NCBI RefSeq assembly: GCF_032191835.1
Contig: NC_083237.1
Coordinates: forward strand, 40,796,001-40,860,000
From: Heteronotia binoei
Taxonomy: Eukaryota
Reading direction: 5' to 3'
DNA: 64,000 bases
Every line of letters starts with the position of its first letter. Positions within the stretch are counted from its first letter, which is position 1. This document shows positions 10,786 to 23,301 of this stretch, piece after piece. A program made the position numbers and the translations under genes. Below the pieces are notes generated by a model. It was not told the DNA's origin. It did not search any database and was given only the letters and a program-made list of their open reading frames with translations.

Positions 10786-11355
10786 AACAAGTAACTTTGT
10801 GGCTAAATTTTCGGTGGCTGTAATAAAAAGATGTTGTAAATCAGATACTCTCTCTTAGGTTTCTCTTTTATTGTGTGACGGCTCATAGTTCATGACTTTT
10901 GTCACAAACGAAGAAATTGAGAATAAAAAGCTTCATGCAGCCATCAATGCAGTTTGACTTCCAGCTACTTGCTTATCAGCCTATGCTCTGAGCCAATGTG
11001 CTTTTTATGATTTGCATGGCACTGCTTGAATGTTGGGTTAGAACAAAACTTTATTATGAGTATACAAAATCCCCACCACCCAAAAAAATCTACCAGGCAA
11101 ACCAATGAAGTATAGAATACTGTTTTAATTTTGAAAAAGGCTGCACACTACTTTAGGTCTCATTGTGGTGACACAGAAGATGAAATATAAGTTCTACATA
11201 TTAAAAAAGATATATGTCACAGAATAGTGTGTAGTTTGGAATAATGTACATCTAAACATGAAACATTCATTTTCCCAAGTTTGTTAAATGAACCATTTAG
11301 ATGAACATTTTTTTTTCTAGTGGTCCCAGGTCACATGATTTATTATCATCATCAT

Positions 11356-11477
11356 CAGGGGTTTTGTTGTAGAAAAACCTCAACAAAAACTCATTTGCAT
11401 GTTAGGCCACACCCCCTGAAACCAAGCCAGCCAGAACTGCATTCCTGTGCGTTCCTGCTAAAAAAGAAAAAGCCCTG
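11356..11477. mobile_element. hAT MITE in an (atc)n microsatellite
   Basis: caggggtttt...aaaagccctg termini; 8-bp flanks atcatcat / atcataat. Confidence 0.7.
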
Positions 11478-13304
11478 ATCATAATCATCTTCATCATCAT
11501 CATTTATTAGTTGCTATTGGGCAAAGTTACTTAAAAGAGAAAACCATACAAACACTATACAACCCCCAAAGCACATTTCTGAATTAATTTAAAATTAAAA
11601 TCAGTTGTAAAAAGGAGGGAGAGCCTTTTGCCTCCCATTGGTAGAAGGGATTTTCAGAACAGCAATACTAAAACATATATTTATAATAACATCCTCCCCC
11701 CATTCCTTTTCTGTTTAGGTACCTTAAGTATGTAGTCAGTAGGCAGAACTATATTTATACCAACCCTAAATCTATCCTTTTTGCTATGCTTTAAAATGTG
11801 TCTATATCCCCTTAAAATTCTGTTATCTGTTATTAAGGAAGAATAAATATTAAATTTAAGGACCAACAGATTCTGTGGCTAGGAACATCACACCATTTTG
11901 TTTAATTTAATAGGTGTAACTTTGTAATGTTTTCAAGGACAGTGTGTGCAAGGTTGCCTTAGATGGGTTGTTCATTCAATTTAATGAAATAGAAGAAATA
12001 GCCCCAGGTAGATGACCAGATATCAGTTGTAATTTTGAGAATCTCCAAACCCCACATGGAGGTCTGCTTGGGTAAGGACTACTCAGCCTACTCAGAACAG
12101 AAACCTTTTCTCTGTATAATATATGTATTTTAAAATTAATGGAGACACATTAACTTCAGAAAATATTTAAAGGGATAAGAAGTCTCTAAGTAGAAAAAGA
12201 ACCCCGTTGATCAGCACATCATGATATCACTGAATTAGTCTTACCAAAACCAGAGGGAGCATATGTATTGTACTGTGGAAATAGTGCAAAAAAAATAAGA
12301 CATTTCAGCAAAGATAAATGGATTGGATCCAGTGTTCCATTGGCTCAAGGGTCACAGATCTTTCCCATTCTCTGTCCTCTGTCAAGCAATATGTACTGGC
12401 AGAGTCCCATTCCAACAAGAGATGTTCGCCCTCAGAGGGATCTCTGAGACAATATTATTTTGGAGAGTCATTGGAGAGAGTTCAGCAGCTTTCCTCTCCA
12501 GCTCTTTTGAATAACAATCCCAGAGTAATAAACAGATAGAATGTGTGTTTGTGTGTGTGTGGGGGGGGGGGGGGGGACATGCACACAGGTATGTGTAAGT
12601 GAGAGGGGATGTAAAGTGGAGAAGAATAAGATGGTGATACTTTGTGGGAAGCAACATGCTCCCCAAACCTACTCCGTTAGAAGCAGGTGAGAAATGTAAC
12701 CATCTCTTTCCAAATTAAATAACCACTGAATAGTTCTAAATATTTATGCTCCAAAATCCACCTTAATTCCCCACAAAACTTTCAGACACCTCTCTTAAAG
12801 CCCAATGTACTTTTGGCACAATAAGTGGAACTTGTAAGAACAATGTTGAAGACAAGGACAGAAGAAGGTTAAGGAATTAAATATAATTTAAAATTCACAC
12901 AATTTCAAACAACCTTTTTAATTGGTTGGTTGGCATTATCACTAATAAATGAGAAATTGAAGCATAACACACCAAAGCAGTGATACTGTTTCCTTTTTAT
13001 ACTTTTGCTCCTCGCAAATTGAACAACACAAACGTCTGATATTTTGTACCCTTATTTGAGTTTAGTTCTATTCTCAAAACAGTTTAAATTTCCATAATAG
13101 AAAATAATGATGTGTGTATGTGTGTGTCAGAGGGTTTTCGAGTGGTGCATTTTTACTATCAATATGAAGGATTCACATTAGATAACCTTTGTAAACCTGA
13201 CCAAATACATGGAAGAACAGAATTACTGTTAGTCTAAAAATGGTTAAAAGATGCCTCATTATTAATAGGGGAGATATAAATGTTATTGTCCTTTCTAATC
13301 TTTC

Positions 13305-13532
13305 TCCTAACCTGATCAGAATAGTTCAGGCTAACCTAATCTCATCAGAACTTGGAAGTTAAGTAGGGTCATCCCTGGCTAATATTTAGATGAGAGATCT
13401 CCAAGGAATACCTGGATCATGATGAGGAAGCAGGCAATGGCAAACCATTTCTAAACATTTTTTTCTTTGCGATAAAAACTCCACAGGGTTCCCATAAAGT
13501 CAGTTGTGACTTCTTGGCACTTTCAACCACTA
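13305..13532 (+). mobile_element. 5S rRNA-derived SINE (5S-Sauria-like)
   Basis: atctcatcagaacttggaagttaagtagggtcatccctggctaatatttagatgagagatc is 5S-like, followed by gcaatggcaaacc shared with the Sauria SINE at 60993-61287. Confidence 0.65.
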
Positions 13533-13686
13533 GTATTCTTCCTCATGTCCATAGTTACAATCAAATAAGTGTAAATCAAGTAAGCATTGAAAATTACCAT
13601 GTAACTTGTTTAGACACTTACTGAGATGATGTGGCCATCATTAATGAGCAGCCATTCTCTATGACATTTTATTTTTTCCATACTTT

Positions 13687-14637
13687 CTATGAAAATTTGG
13701 GTTTTTTTAAGAGATGAATGTGGAGACATAGTTTCCTGAGAGCCACTTTGACTTCCTTGTTCTTCAAGCTGTAAATAAGAGGATTTAACAAGGGTATGAA
13801 GACAGTGTAGAAGAGTGACAGGAATTTTTCTGTATCAAAAGATTGACTTGACTTGGGCTTCAGATACACTGTCATTCCAGAGCCATAGAAAGACATCACC
13901 ACTATGAGATGTGAGGAACATGTTGAGAAAGCCTTGCTCCTTCCCTCTACAGATGGCATCTTTAGAATGGTAGAAGCAATGCATATGTATGAAATGGAAA
14001 TCAAAGCAAATGGGATTAATCCAAGAAATACTGCCTCCAGAAACAATATATGCTCATTTATAGAGGTGTTGCCACAGACTAGTTTGACCACAGCAGGAAA
14101 GTCACAAAAGAAATCGTTGATTTCATTGGAGTCACAGAAAGAAGAGGTGAACACCAGGACAGTTTGGCCAACTTGCATTGGGATTGCAGCCATCCAGGAG
14201 GATGCAACCAACCCAGAGCACACTGTATTACTCATAATGATGGTGTAGCGCAGTGGGTGACAAATGGCAACGTAGCGGTCATATGCCATGGCAGCCAAAA
14301 GAAAACATTCTGCTGCCCCTGTGATAAGGAAGACGTTCATTTGAAAGGCACAACTGAGGAATGAAATGGATTTATCCTCTGACAGCAGGTTTTCAAGCAT
14401 TTTGGGGACAACAGTTGAGGTGTAGCATATCTCCAGAAAACTCAGGTTCCTGAGAAAGAAAAACATGGGGCTGTGGAGTGTCTGGTAGACCAATGTGACA
14501 ATAATTATGAGAGCATTCCCACTGAGAACTGACAGATAGACAGTTAGGAAAACAGAGAAGAACAAACCCTCCAGTCCTGGCAAATCAGAGAATCCCAGCA
14601 ACAGGAAATTATTTAATGTGCTTTGATTTCCTTTCAT
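13687..14637 (-). CDS. Olfactory receptor, class II (family 10-like), intact, 316 aa
   Basis: N-glycosylation site NQS; LHSPMFFFL, MAYDRYVAICHPL, KAFSTCSSHL, PLLNPLIYSL; polypyrimidine tract and AG acceptor at 14646-14647 just upstream of the ATG. Confidence 0.97.
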   Translation of the reverse strand: MKGNQSTLNNFLLLGFSDLPGLEGLFFSVFLTVYLSVLSGNALIIIVTLVYQTLHSPMFFFLRNLSFLEICYTSTVVPKMLENLLSEDKSISFLSCAFQMNVFLITGAAECFLLAAMAYDRYVAICHPLRYTIIMSNTVCSGLVASSWMAAIPMQVGQTVLVFTSSFCDSNEINDFFCDFPAVVKLVCGNTSINEHILFLEAVFLGLIPFALISISYICIASTILKMPSVEGRSKAFSTCSSHLIVVMSFYGSGMTVYLKPKSSQSFDTEKFLSLFYTVFIPLLNPLIYSLKNKEVKVALRKLCLHIHLLKKPKFS

Positions 14638-15029
14638 TTCTCAATCTGGTTAAAAAGAAAAGAAAAGAAGCAATAATTTAACAGCAACTCATGAAATGAG
14701 ACATCTAGCAATTCTAAATTTAGTGCCATCAAACAGGAAGCACTATGTAACTGGACCATACTTGAAGTTTTATACATGATTGGGTTTTACAATGAATATC
14801 ATCTACAGTGTAGCAGAAGCAAAAAAGAAAAAAAAGTCCCATCTTCTGTTGACAATGATTGAAGCTGTGTTCACTCTTAGTTGGATATTGTACTATAGCA
14901 ATTGTATGATGCTGGATTTCTCTGTGTAGGAAAGACAGCCAGGAGATGAAATTGCTACAGGGAAATAACAATGCAATATCCAAAGAAGTGTGGATACAGC
15001 TTATATTTAAGATGAGGACTACGTATTAT

Positions 15030-15255
15030 TTTATTTTGTTACTTCTTTCTGTTATAGCTTGCTGTTCTCCCAAGGGGAGATAGCAGTTCAGGTTGTTCTG
15101 TTCTCCATTTTTACCTTCACAATAACCCTGTGAGGTAGGTTAGGCTGAGAATATGTGACTGACTCACTCAGCAAGCTCCCATGGCAGAGTGGGAATTCTA
15201 ACCTGGTCCTCCAAGATCATAGTCTGACACGCTCACAACTACACAGCACTGGCTG
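15030..15255 (-). mobile_element. Squam3/MIR-like tRNA-derived SINE
   Basis: cttcacaataaccctgtgaggtaggttaggctgaga CORE-like segment; decayed tRNA-like head at the right end. Confidence 0.6.
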
Positions 15256-15827
15256 TCTTCGTGAGCTTACTCTAGATCCAATGAGCTTAAATGAGACTGA
15301 TGCTAGCTGAATGTTAGAAGAAAAAATCAGGTAATGAGAATACATAAGGCAAAGAAACCAATTACCAAGGGGAAGGGTGGATTATCTTTTCATCAGGCTT
15401 TTTCCATACCTGCAGAACTGCTAGTAACAGCTATGATAGAGGCAGACGCACTAGGGAGCTGACAGATGTTGAACCTCTGCCAAGCATACAGCTCTGAAAG
15501 GTGCAACAGTTATGTGGGAACAAGAAAAATAGAGACAACAACCCTGCAAAAGAGATGCATTGCATTACATGAGCACTGAGCAGGGAATCTGTTCAGCTTT
15601 ACCATGAGGTGAACTGCAGATAGACTACCATGAGGGAAAAACAATACCCCCCCCTCTTTATTTTAAGACTAGGACTTTACTGTCCCTGTTTTGTTCACTT
15701 GCTTTCCTCCATGCTTCTGCTATTATTTTTCCTTCCCATCAATCATTACAAGTGAGGCAGAGGAGAAAGAACAGACCTGTCAATGAAAATGGAAAGAGTG
15801 GCTGTAGCCAAAAGTAAAAGCCAGAAA

Positions 15828-17891
15828 GGGACTTCCGGGATCCGTCATCTTGGCGTCAGAGCTGCCGCAGATCTCTCTCTGTGGCATCTCTGAGTCTGGT
15901 CGTTGACACCCCCACAGGGAAGGCCTGGAGGGCTTTCTCTAGGCATGGGAACCCCACGGTGGGGAGGGGGCCAGTGGCAACTGCCCCCTATACTTGTCGT
16001 GCATCCTGAGGCTCTGCGGCTATGAAAGCTGCTTATCAGCAGAAAAAGAAGAACTCCCGATTGCTTTTATGCTTTCTTTTTCTCCAGTACAGTTTCAAAT
16101 AAACATATTTCCACTTCTAAAGCGATGATTCTACTTAAGAAGTAGGTGTTTTTTCCTAAATTTACCCCCTGATGGGTCACTTTGCATAACTACAAAAGAC
16201 TAGCTCACGGATTATTGCAAGCGGCCTCGGATCGACAGGAGTAGTTTTAACCTTTTGAATTGGACTGAATATAAGTACTGAAATTGACCCGAACTTTAAT
16301 TGGATATATATTACAGAGATTATCAAGAATTTGCAATATGATTTGAACACAAAGGAGATATACAAGAAAAAAAAGAACTCTGTCTCTTTTATCTGACTCT
16401 AACTGAAAGAATTTCTTCAACAGGAGGGAAGTGAAAATACAATCTGACTTGAGAGACTGACTTTTGAAAGTATAACCTGAATATGGCACTTTTTAATGAA
16501 ATGGCTCATGAAAAAGATATTTGCTCAAATCTCAGATCTTTAAAGGAAGATTTTATTTCACTTATGCAGCTTCTTGGAGATTACTTTATGCTCATTGCTA
16601 ATGATTTGAGCGAAGAAGATCCTACAACTAATGAAATAGCTAATCTACAGGAGTTCAGCATTAAAGAGAGCGAATTGATGAAAGCAGAAGGGGAAATTGT
16701 TATGCGAAACAAACAAAGGCAAAAGAAGATGGTCTCTTATGACGGACTTTCAAAACCACTCAAGCGGAGAAGGGAAAATGGCAATGAATTCTTCTTCCTG
16801 TGGTTGGGGGGGCAGGACATACTGAGAAGAGTAAAGCTGCACTTCAAGCAACACATCTGGATTAGGAAAGCGATCCGTAAAAAGGTTTTTGGTTTTTCCA
16901 TTTCTGCTTTGGTGAATGGCTGAATAAAGAACTCTGACTAAGAAGTGAAAGATGTTACTTAAAAGACAAGCTGTGGACAAAGGGGCTGCCTCAGATACAA
17001 TTTGGGTGTAGAAAGCAAAGGAACTTAAAGGGGTTTTTAAAAAGTTTTTGGGAAAGAAGGACTTTGGAATTTTGGGTTTCCCTTTCGTCTTTTTTCCTTT
17101 GTTTTTTCTCCTTTCTCTCTTTCTGCTGAATAAGCAAATACGTAATTAATACAGATGTTAAAATTTAAAAGATTAAGAGAGATCTTGAAGAAATAATGTT
17201 AATGAGGTTTATTAGCATAACTCTTTAGATAGTAGATCTACTCACATTTTGCATATTTAGGGAGACTGCTTCTAATGATGTGAGAATAGGATCAAGGGTG
17301 AAAAGCCAGATAGTATAAAGGTTGCAGAATTTGATAGTTTTCGTAATATGGTAGATTTGCTACTAATATGTTAGCAGGAGAAATAGTTTAGATGGAGATA
17401 GACAGTTGTATTTGATGTATCTTATGTAATTTGCTATGAACAAATAAATAATTTTAAGTGTTCCTTTTAATCAGGTTTTTGCTAAATCAATAAACTAATC
17501 TGTGCCTATTATAGGTTTAAGTTAAATCAGGAAATCTGACGTTGAGACAGTCTTATAAGAATTTTTTTATGAACTGGTTATACTTAATTTGTGTTTAAGA
17601 AGATTTGTTTGGTCTAATATTGCTTTACTAGTTTATTATGAGAATTACTTTTTTCCCCTTTATATTGGTGAGAGAAGATAAGAAGTAATACTTAAGGAGA
17701 TTTTTATACTTGTAGGTAGGAAGATTTGAGTAATATCTTGGGAGGTGGAATTATATTTGTACTGGCTTCTGTTTCTTTTTGTCCCACTCTTTAAAGTTTC
17801 CTTTTCTCTCTTTTCCCCTCTTTTATGTATCATCTGCAATGCTTCTTTATTGTAGTTTAAATCAATAAAACTTTTTAAAAACTCAAAAATC
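15828..17891 (+). mobile_element. Putative non-autonomous L1-dependent element (about 2.06 kb) with an unassigned ORF
   Basis: GC-rich start gggacttccggg, 146-aa ORF at 16483-16923, AT-rich 3' part, AATAAA near 17866, A-rich tail; flanks aaaagccagaaa (15816-15827) and aaaagccaacaa (17892-17903). Confidence 0.4.
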
Positions 17892-18931
17892 AAAAGCCAA
17901 CAATCAAAGGATATAAGTGGAATTGCTTTGCAGTTTGTGTTTGAAGACAGAGGGGAAAATTCTGTCAAGAGACCAGGGTGAATTTTTTTAACAAGGAAAT
18001 TCTCTATTAGCAACTAGAAGTATGCAGTTTAATTTGGCTGTTTTATTACAGCAGCATTTCATCTTGAGAGAAAGACAGAGAGAGCACAGCTTTGTTGTGA
18101 AACACTATTTGTAAGTCACGTTTCTGTCCACATGGAAGTTAGGAAAGATCCATGGCCTTTCCAGGTCTCTGCCTTGTGAGTCTCAGCTTTCCCTTACTCC
18201 TATATATCTGGGAATATCTCTGGAAATATCTCCTCCGCCAACATAGTCTCTAAGAGGGTAGCTTGCTGAAGGACTGGTACTCTGGCATTCTGAATTGTGA
18301 TGGGCCTTAAAAAATCATCCTAGATTCTAAATATTTGGCTTCACTGCCATCAGATGCCATGCGGGCTAGACCTAGAGTCACCACCTGTGGAGGACTTGAA
18401 GGGAGGAGACTCAGAGGAATTGAGGGGTAAGGACAGGCACAACAGTGATTTTGTGCTGTAAGTGTCATCACACACTAGTATGATATTGACACCTTCCAAT
18501 TCCCCCCGTCCCAGAGTCCTGTGCTGTGGGAGCACTGCCTAATCACTTAGACGTTTCCTGCTGTAATAGGAAACCTCCACATCTGCAAACTTTGGTAATG
18601 GAAGGATCCTCTAGTTCCCCTTCCTTTCCTTCTGCTTGAATTCAGAAATTGGAGTACTATCAGACAAACATAAAACAGTTCAATAATATGATAAAAGCAC
18701 ATACATGGCCCTCATACACAGAAATCTGAGATCTAAAGAATGGTGATAATATACAATACTTTAACCCTGCTCTAAAACTTATCCATAACAATGGTTAAAC
18801 TCAGGACCGACACATTTCAGTTTACTGAAGACAATAGATTCCAAATGATTTGAAAGTGTGATAGATGAAGAAATATAAGTAGGGAGTAGCAGGTCTGTCT
18901 AAGAATCAAGTAGAGCAATTAAAGTCTTTAG

Positions 18932-19164
18932 GGTCGTTTTCGCACTCACCTTCAGCCGGCGCGACCCCCCTCTTCACCGCGCAGGATCTGCGCGAATTTC
19001 GCACTAAACACTGCGGAGCAGCCAGAAAAGCCGGAAGCTCCCGTCGCAAAAGCCGCGCAAACGCCAAACTGCTTTTTGGCGGTTTCAGTTTGAGCGGCTT
19101 TTGCGCCGGGAGCTTCCGGCTTTTCTGGCTGCTCCGCCGGCTGAAGGTGAGTGCGAAAACGACC
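18932..19164. mobile_element. PIF/Harbinger-type palindromic MITE
   Basis: TIR ggtcgttttcgcactcaccttcagccggc and its reverse complement; 3-bp TSD tag. Confidence 0.85.
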
Positions 19165-19942
19165 TAGGAGTTCTATTTCTAGAGTATTTCTCTTGGAAGG
19201 TGCATTTGAACTTTATTATAAGAACAGCCATGAGTACTGGGAAAGCTATTTTGAGATTTTATTATTCCTTTTAAGGCCAATATGTTCCTGCAGCAGTTAA
19301 AGCATTTGATGCTAAAGTTTCTGGTCAGTTTTTATATGCTGTAGGGGTTTGGATTAGTGTGGTAACGGGTAATATTAATGGGCCATTGCTAAGATTTTTA
19401 CACAATATACTGGGAACTTTGAGATGTGTGACAGGAATAGCTTTGAGACCCCAGATTGGGGATATGACTTTTGAAGCAAAAGCTTGGTTGTAAGCATTTA
19501 ATCTGAAAACTAGGATGTTGAATTTGAATTTAGAATCAGGTCTTCATGGATTAGTTATGCTAGATCATCATTATGAGTGACTGGGGAAATACATGGAATT
19601 TATATTTTTATGGCTGGTGATGATAGATACCAATGATATGATAGAAACTATGAGGAGTTGTGAATTGAGTCAATCAATTAAAAGACATTTGAGGGATCTT
19701 GATTATAAGACTATGTTGGTTAGAGTCTGCAGAGAATGTTTAGCCTTCCCCCAAATTATGGTACTCTTCACACAATAGAAAATACTATCCATTTTAATTA
19801 TCTCTTCCCAAGTATAGATGGGCATTTATGCTTGTTCATTTGAATGCTTGGCATTGGTGGCACGGTTAAGGTTTAATGGTATTTCTTTCTTTCTCTAATA
19901 GACTCTGTGGATAGGGTACTAATGAAAGATTGTATAGATCAT

Positions 19943-21292
19943 CAGGGCTTTTTTTGTAGAAGGAACTCCTTTGCATATTGGGTCCCACATCCCTGATGTG
20001 GCCAATCCTCCTGAAGCTTACAGAAAGCCCTGTACTATGAGCCCTGGATTAGGAACTACCAGAAGTTCAAACTGGTTTTGGAGAGGTAGAGGAACTAGAG
20101 ATAATATTGTAAACATTTGCTGGATTATGGAGAAAGCACAGAAGTACCAGACAAATGTCTATTTCTGCTTCATTAACTACACCAAAGCATTTGATTCTGT
20201 GGATCACAACAAACTGTGGCAAGTCCTTAAAGAGATGGGAATACCAGACCTCACATGTCTCCTGAGAAACCTGTATAAGGGTCAAGAAGCAACTGTCAGA
20301 ACAGGATATGGAACAACTGGTTTAGTTGTTGGTTTAGATTAGGGAAAGGAGTTCGACAAGGATGTATATTGTCAACCTACTTATTTAATTTATATACGGA
20401 GTACATCATGCAGAATACTAGCCTGAATGAAGCACAAGCCAGAATTAAGATTGCCGGGAAAAACAACAACAACCTCAGATATGTGGATGACACCACTACT
20501 GGCAGAAAGTGAAGAGGACCTAAAGAACCTCTTGTTGAGGGTGAAAGAGGAGAGTGCAAAAGTAGGCTTGAAACTCAATATCAAAAAACTAAGATCATGG
20601 CATCTGGTCCCATCATGGCTTGGCAAATAGAAAGAGAAGACATGGAAGTAGTGACAGACTTCACATTCCTGGGATCCAAGATCACGGCAGATGGAGACTG
20701 TAGCCATGAAATTAAAAGAGGCTTGCTCCTTGGGAGGACAGCTATGGCAAACCTAGACAGTATAATAAAAAGTAGAGACATCACCCTGCCAACAAGAGTC
20801 TGTATGTCAAAGCAATTATATTCCCAGTAGTAATGTATGGCTGTTAGAATTGGACCATAAGGAAGGCTGAGCACAGAAAAATAGATGCTTTTGAGATGTG
20901 GTGCTGGAGAAGACACTTGAGAATCCCTTGGACTGCAAGAAGATCAAATCAGGGAAACCGACCCTGACTGCTCCTTGGACAGTTAGATGCTGAAGCTGAA
21001 GCTCAAATACTTTGGCCACCAAATGAGAAGGAAGCACTCACTGAAGAAGACCCTGATGCTGGGAAAAGACAGAAGGCAAAAGAAGAAGGGGAAAGCAAAA
21101 GATGAGATGGCTGGACAGCATTAACTAACGTGAATTTGAATGGACTTCAGAGGATGGTGGAAGACAGGAGGACCTGTGTGACTGGGTCCATGGGATCACA
21201 AAGAATTTGACTCGACTGTGCAACTGAACAACAACAAAAGCTCTTGAATGATTGGCTACATGTAAAGGAGTTACTGCTACAAAAAAGCCCTG
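19943..21292. mobile_element. hAT MITE (cagggct family) split by a BovB insertion
   Basis: Left arm 19943 to about 20049, right arm about 21239-21292; 8-bp flanks tagatcat / tagaacat; intact relative at 63127-63306. Confidence 0.8.
20050..21238 (+). mobile_element. RTE-BovB LINE, 5'-truncated, degenerate
   Basis: RT remnants NICWIMEKA...YFCFINYTKAFDSVDHNKLWQVLKEMGIP, FTFLGSKITADGDCSHEIKR; ends actgaacaacaacaa. Confidence 0.92.
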
Positions 21293-21601
21293 TAGAACAT
21301 ATTTTGGACTCAGAATTTTCATATTTGAGGGCTGAACTGATTTTTTCTTTGCTTAAGGAAGACCCTATCTTTTTAGAAGCAAAGACTTCTTAGTTAGCAA
21401 AGTATTAAGATGAACAAGTAACTTTGTGGCTAAATTTTTGATGGTTGTAGTAAAAATACGTTGTAACTCAGATACTGTATCTTAAGCTTCTCTTTTAGTG
21501 TGTGATGGCTCATTGTTTATGACTTTTGTCACAAAGATAGTAATTGAGAAAAAAAAGTTTCATGCAACCATCAACTCAATCAGACTTCTAAAAAAAAAAA
21601 T

Positions 21602-21815
21602 AAGGTAGTCCCCTGTGGAAGCACCAGCCGTTTTCGACTCTGGGGTGATGTTGCTTTCACCACATTTTCACGGCAGACTTTTTACGAGGTGGTTTGCCAT
21701 TGCCTTCCCCAGTCATCTACACTTTCCTCCCAGCAAGCTGGGTACTCATTTTACCTACCTCGGAAGGATGGAAGGCTGAATCAGTCTGGAGCTGGCTACC
21801 TGAACCAGCAGTTGC
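21602..21815 (-). mobile_element. Sauria SINE, 5'-truncated
   Basis: Reverse complement of the central and 3' parts of 60993-61287 (ccatccttcc...aaaatgagtacccagcttgctggg...gcaatggcaaacc). Confidence 0.8.
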
Positions 21816-23301
21816 ACCATCCTTGGGCTTCTTTCCTTCCCGACTCCATAAATCAATTCCCCAACAGTTGCTGCACAGGCATGTTTTGACCCGTGCCTCC
21901 CTCCAATTCCCTGCACATCTTCCTGATATTGATTTTTAAAGGTCAGAAAGGCATGAGGAAAATTGGAGAGAGATATGAGTCAAAATGTGTCCATGCTGAA
22001 ACTGGTGAGGAATCCATTGTTTGAGCTGATGAAAGCAGAAGCCTGAGGACAGTGAGTGCTACTGTGGAAAAGGTCAAAGTGTGTACTCAGTAGGCAGAAC
22101 TATATTTATACCACACTATAATGAAGTATCCTCTGATTCACAAAGTTGTATACATTTGTTAGTCTTTGAATTACTATAGGATTCTTCATTCTCTTAGGGG
22201 GTGGAACCTACCCCATCTTTCCCCTTCACTGAACAGTCTATTGTTGTTGTTGTTATACATTTCCTTTTGTCTCACTTCTGTAGTCTTTCTCCAAGTTAAA
22301 GAATCCTCCTCCAACTTAGGCGAGTACTCTTCTGTGGGAGGAAGAGCAACTTAAGTTGGAGGAGGGCAACTTAAAGAATGGCTGGATTCACCCACTATAC
22401 TTTAAGATGTATATTCTTATAGGTAACAAAAAGCAAAAGAACAATAACCTCTGATGGCACATAAAACTAAACAAGTACGAATCTGCTTAGTCCTTGGGTG
22501 GATCCCCCATATACATTGCATATATTTCATGGAATAGAAATGAAGGCTTGCATCACAGCACTCCAGTGATCCAAATCTGGAGTTTTTCTCTGATGTTAGA
22601 GAGACTAGTAATATGTATGGAAAACAATAGAATCAGATTTTTTTTTTCAGATTCAGATTCAAAACCTTTAATGGCATGCTAAAAAATAAATAAAATACAA
22701 ACAGTACCTAAAATGAGAGAAGGTAATTAAGACAATATAATGGAGAAACAATGCATTTAAACAGAACTGATCAAATATTCATTGCCTTTGCCTAGATATA
22801 TAATAGCCCTTATGTAATAGAGTCAAAATAAAAGGAAGGAAGCAAATTAAAAACCCATGATAAAACAAAGAAGATTTATTAGGCTGGCATCATTGCAGAA
22901 GAGTGTTATTGATCAGAAAGGCTCACCTCGGAGAAATGATTCATTTCATTGGGACTATAATGCCATAATCATAGTGTTAAACACACAGATAACTATAGAC
23001 ATAGTTACAGTGTCATTGATTCAAATGGTGGCTGCTAACTGAATATGAAGCTACCTTTCACAAGAGTTGATAAGGCAAAGACTTGCAGATGACAAAGAAA
23101 AAATAAAGTTGCAAAAGCATCCTTTGAAAGAAATGGCTTGGACCTTAGTCTTAAGATAGGACAGTTTGGTGGAGCTGTAGAACATTTTTAAGTGTGGTGT
23201 GATGTTCACAGCCATAGCTAAAAAAAAGTTCACTGCGGTCAAGAAGATTCCAGAAGAAGAAGCACTGTAAATCATTTATGGTTGTTGTTTTTTTAAAGTA
23301 A

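Larger units (their letters stand above)
9786..10970 (+). mobile_element. Old 5'-truncated LINE (RTE-X-like ORF2 C-terminal part), interrupted
   Basis: Translates EQVEQLKYLRVIFQ... and VAKFSVAVIKR; homologous to 18815-21590 and distantly to 26505-28990; clade assignment uncertain. Confidence 0.55.
18815..21590 (+). mobile_element. Old 5'-truncated RTE-X-like LINE, paralogous to 9786-10970, multiply interrupted
   Basis: Long colinear similarity with 9786-10970, e.g. gatgaagaaatataagtaggga, ccattgctaagatttttacacaatatactgg, aacaagtaactttgtggctaaattt. Confidence 0.55.

Noticed and set aside
13305-13400. 5S rRNA gene
   Set aside because: Heavily diverged, incomplete and fused to a SINE body.
18932-19164. 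GC-rich palindromes as CRISPR-like or structured ncRNA loci
   Set aside because: No repeat-spacer periodicity; TIRs and TSDs identify them as MITEs in a vertebrate genome.
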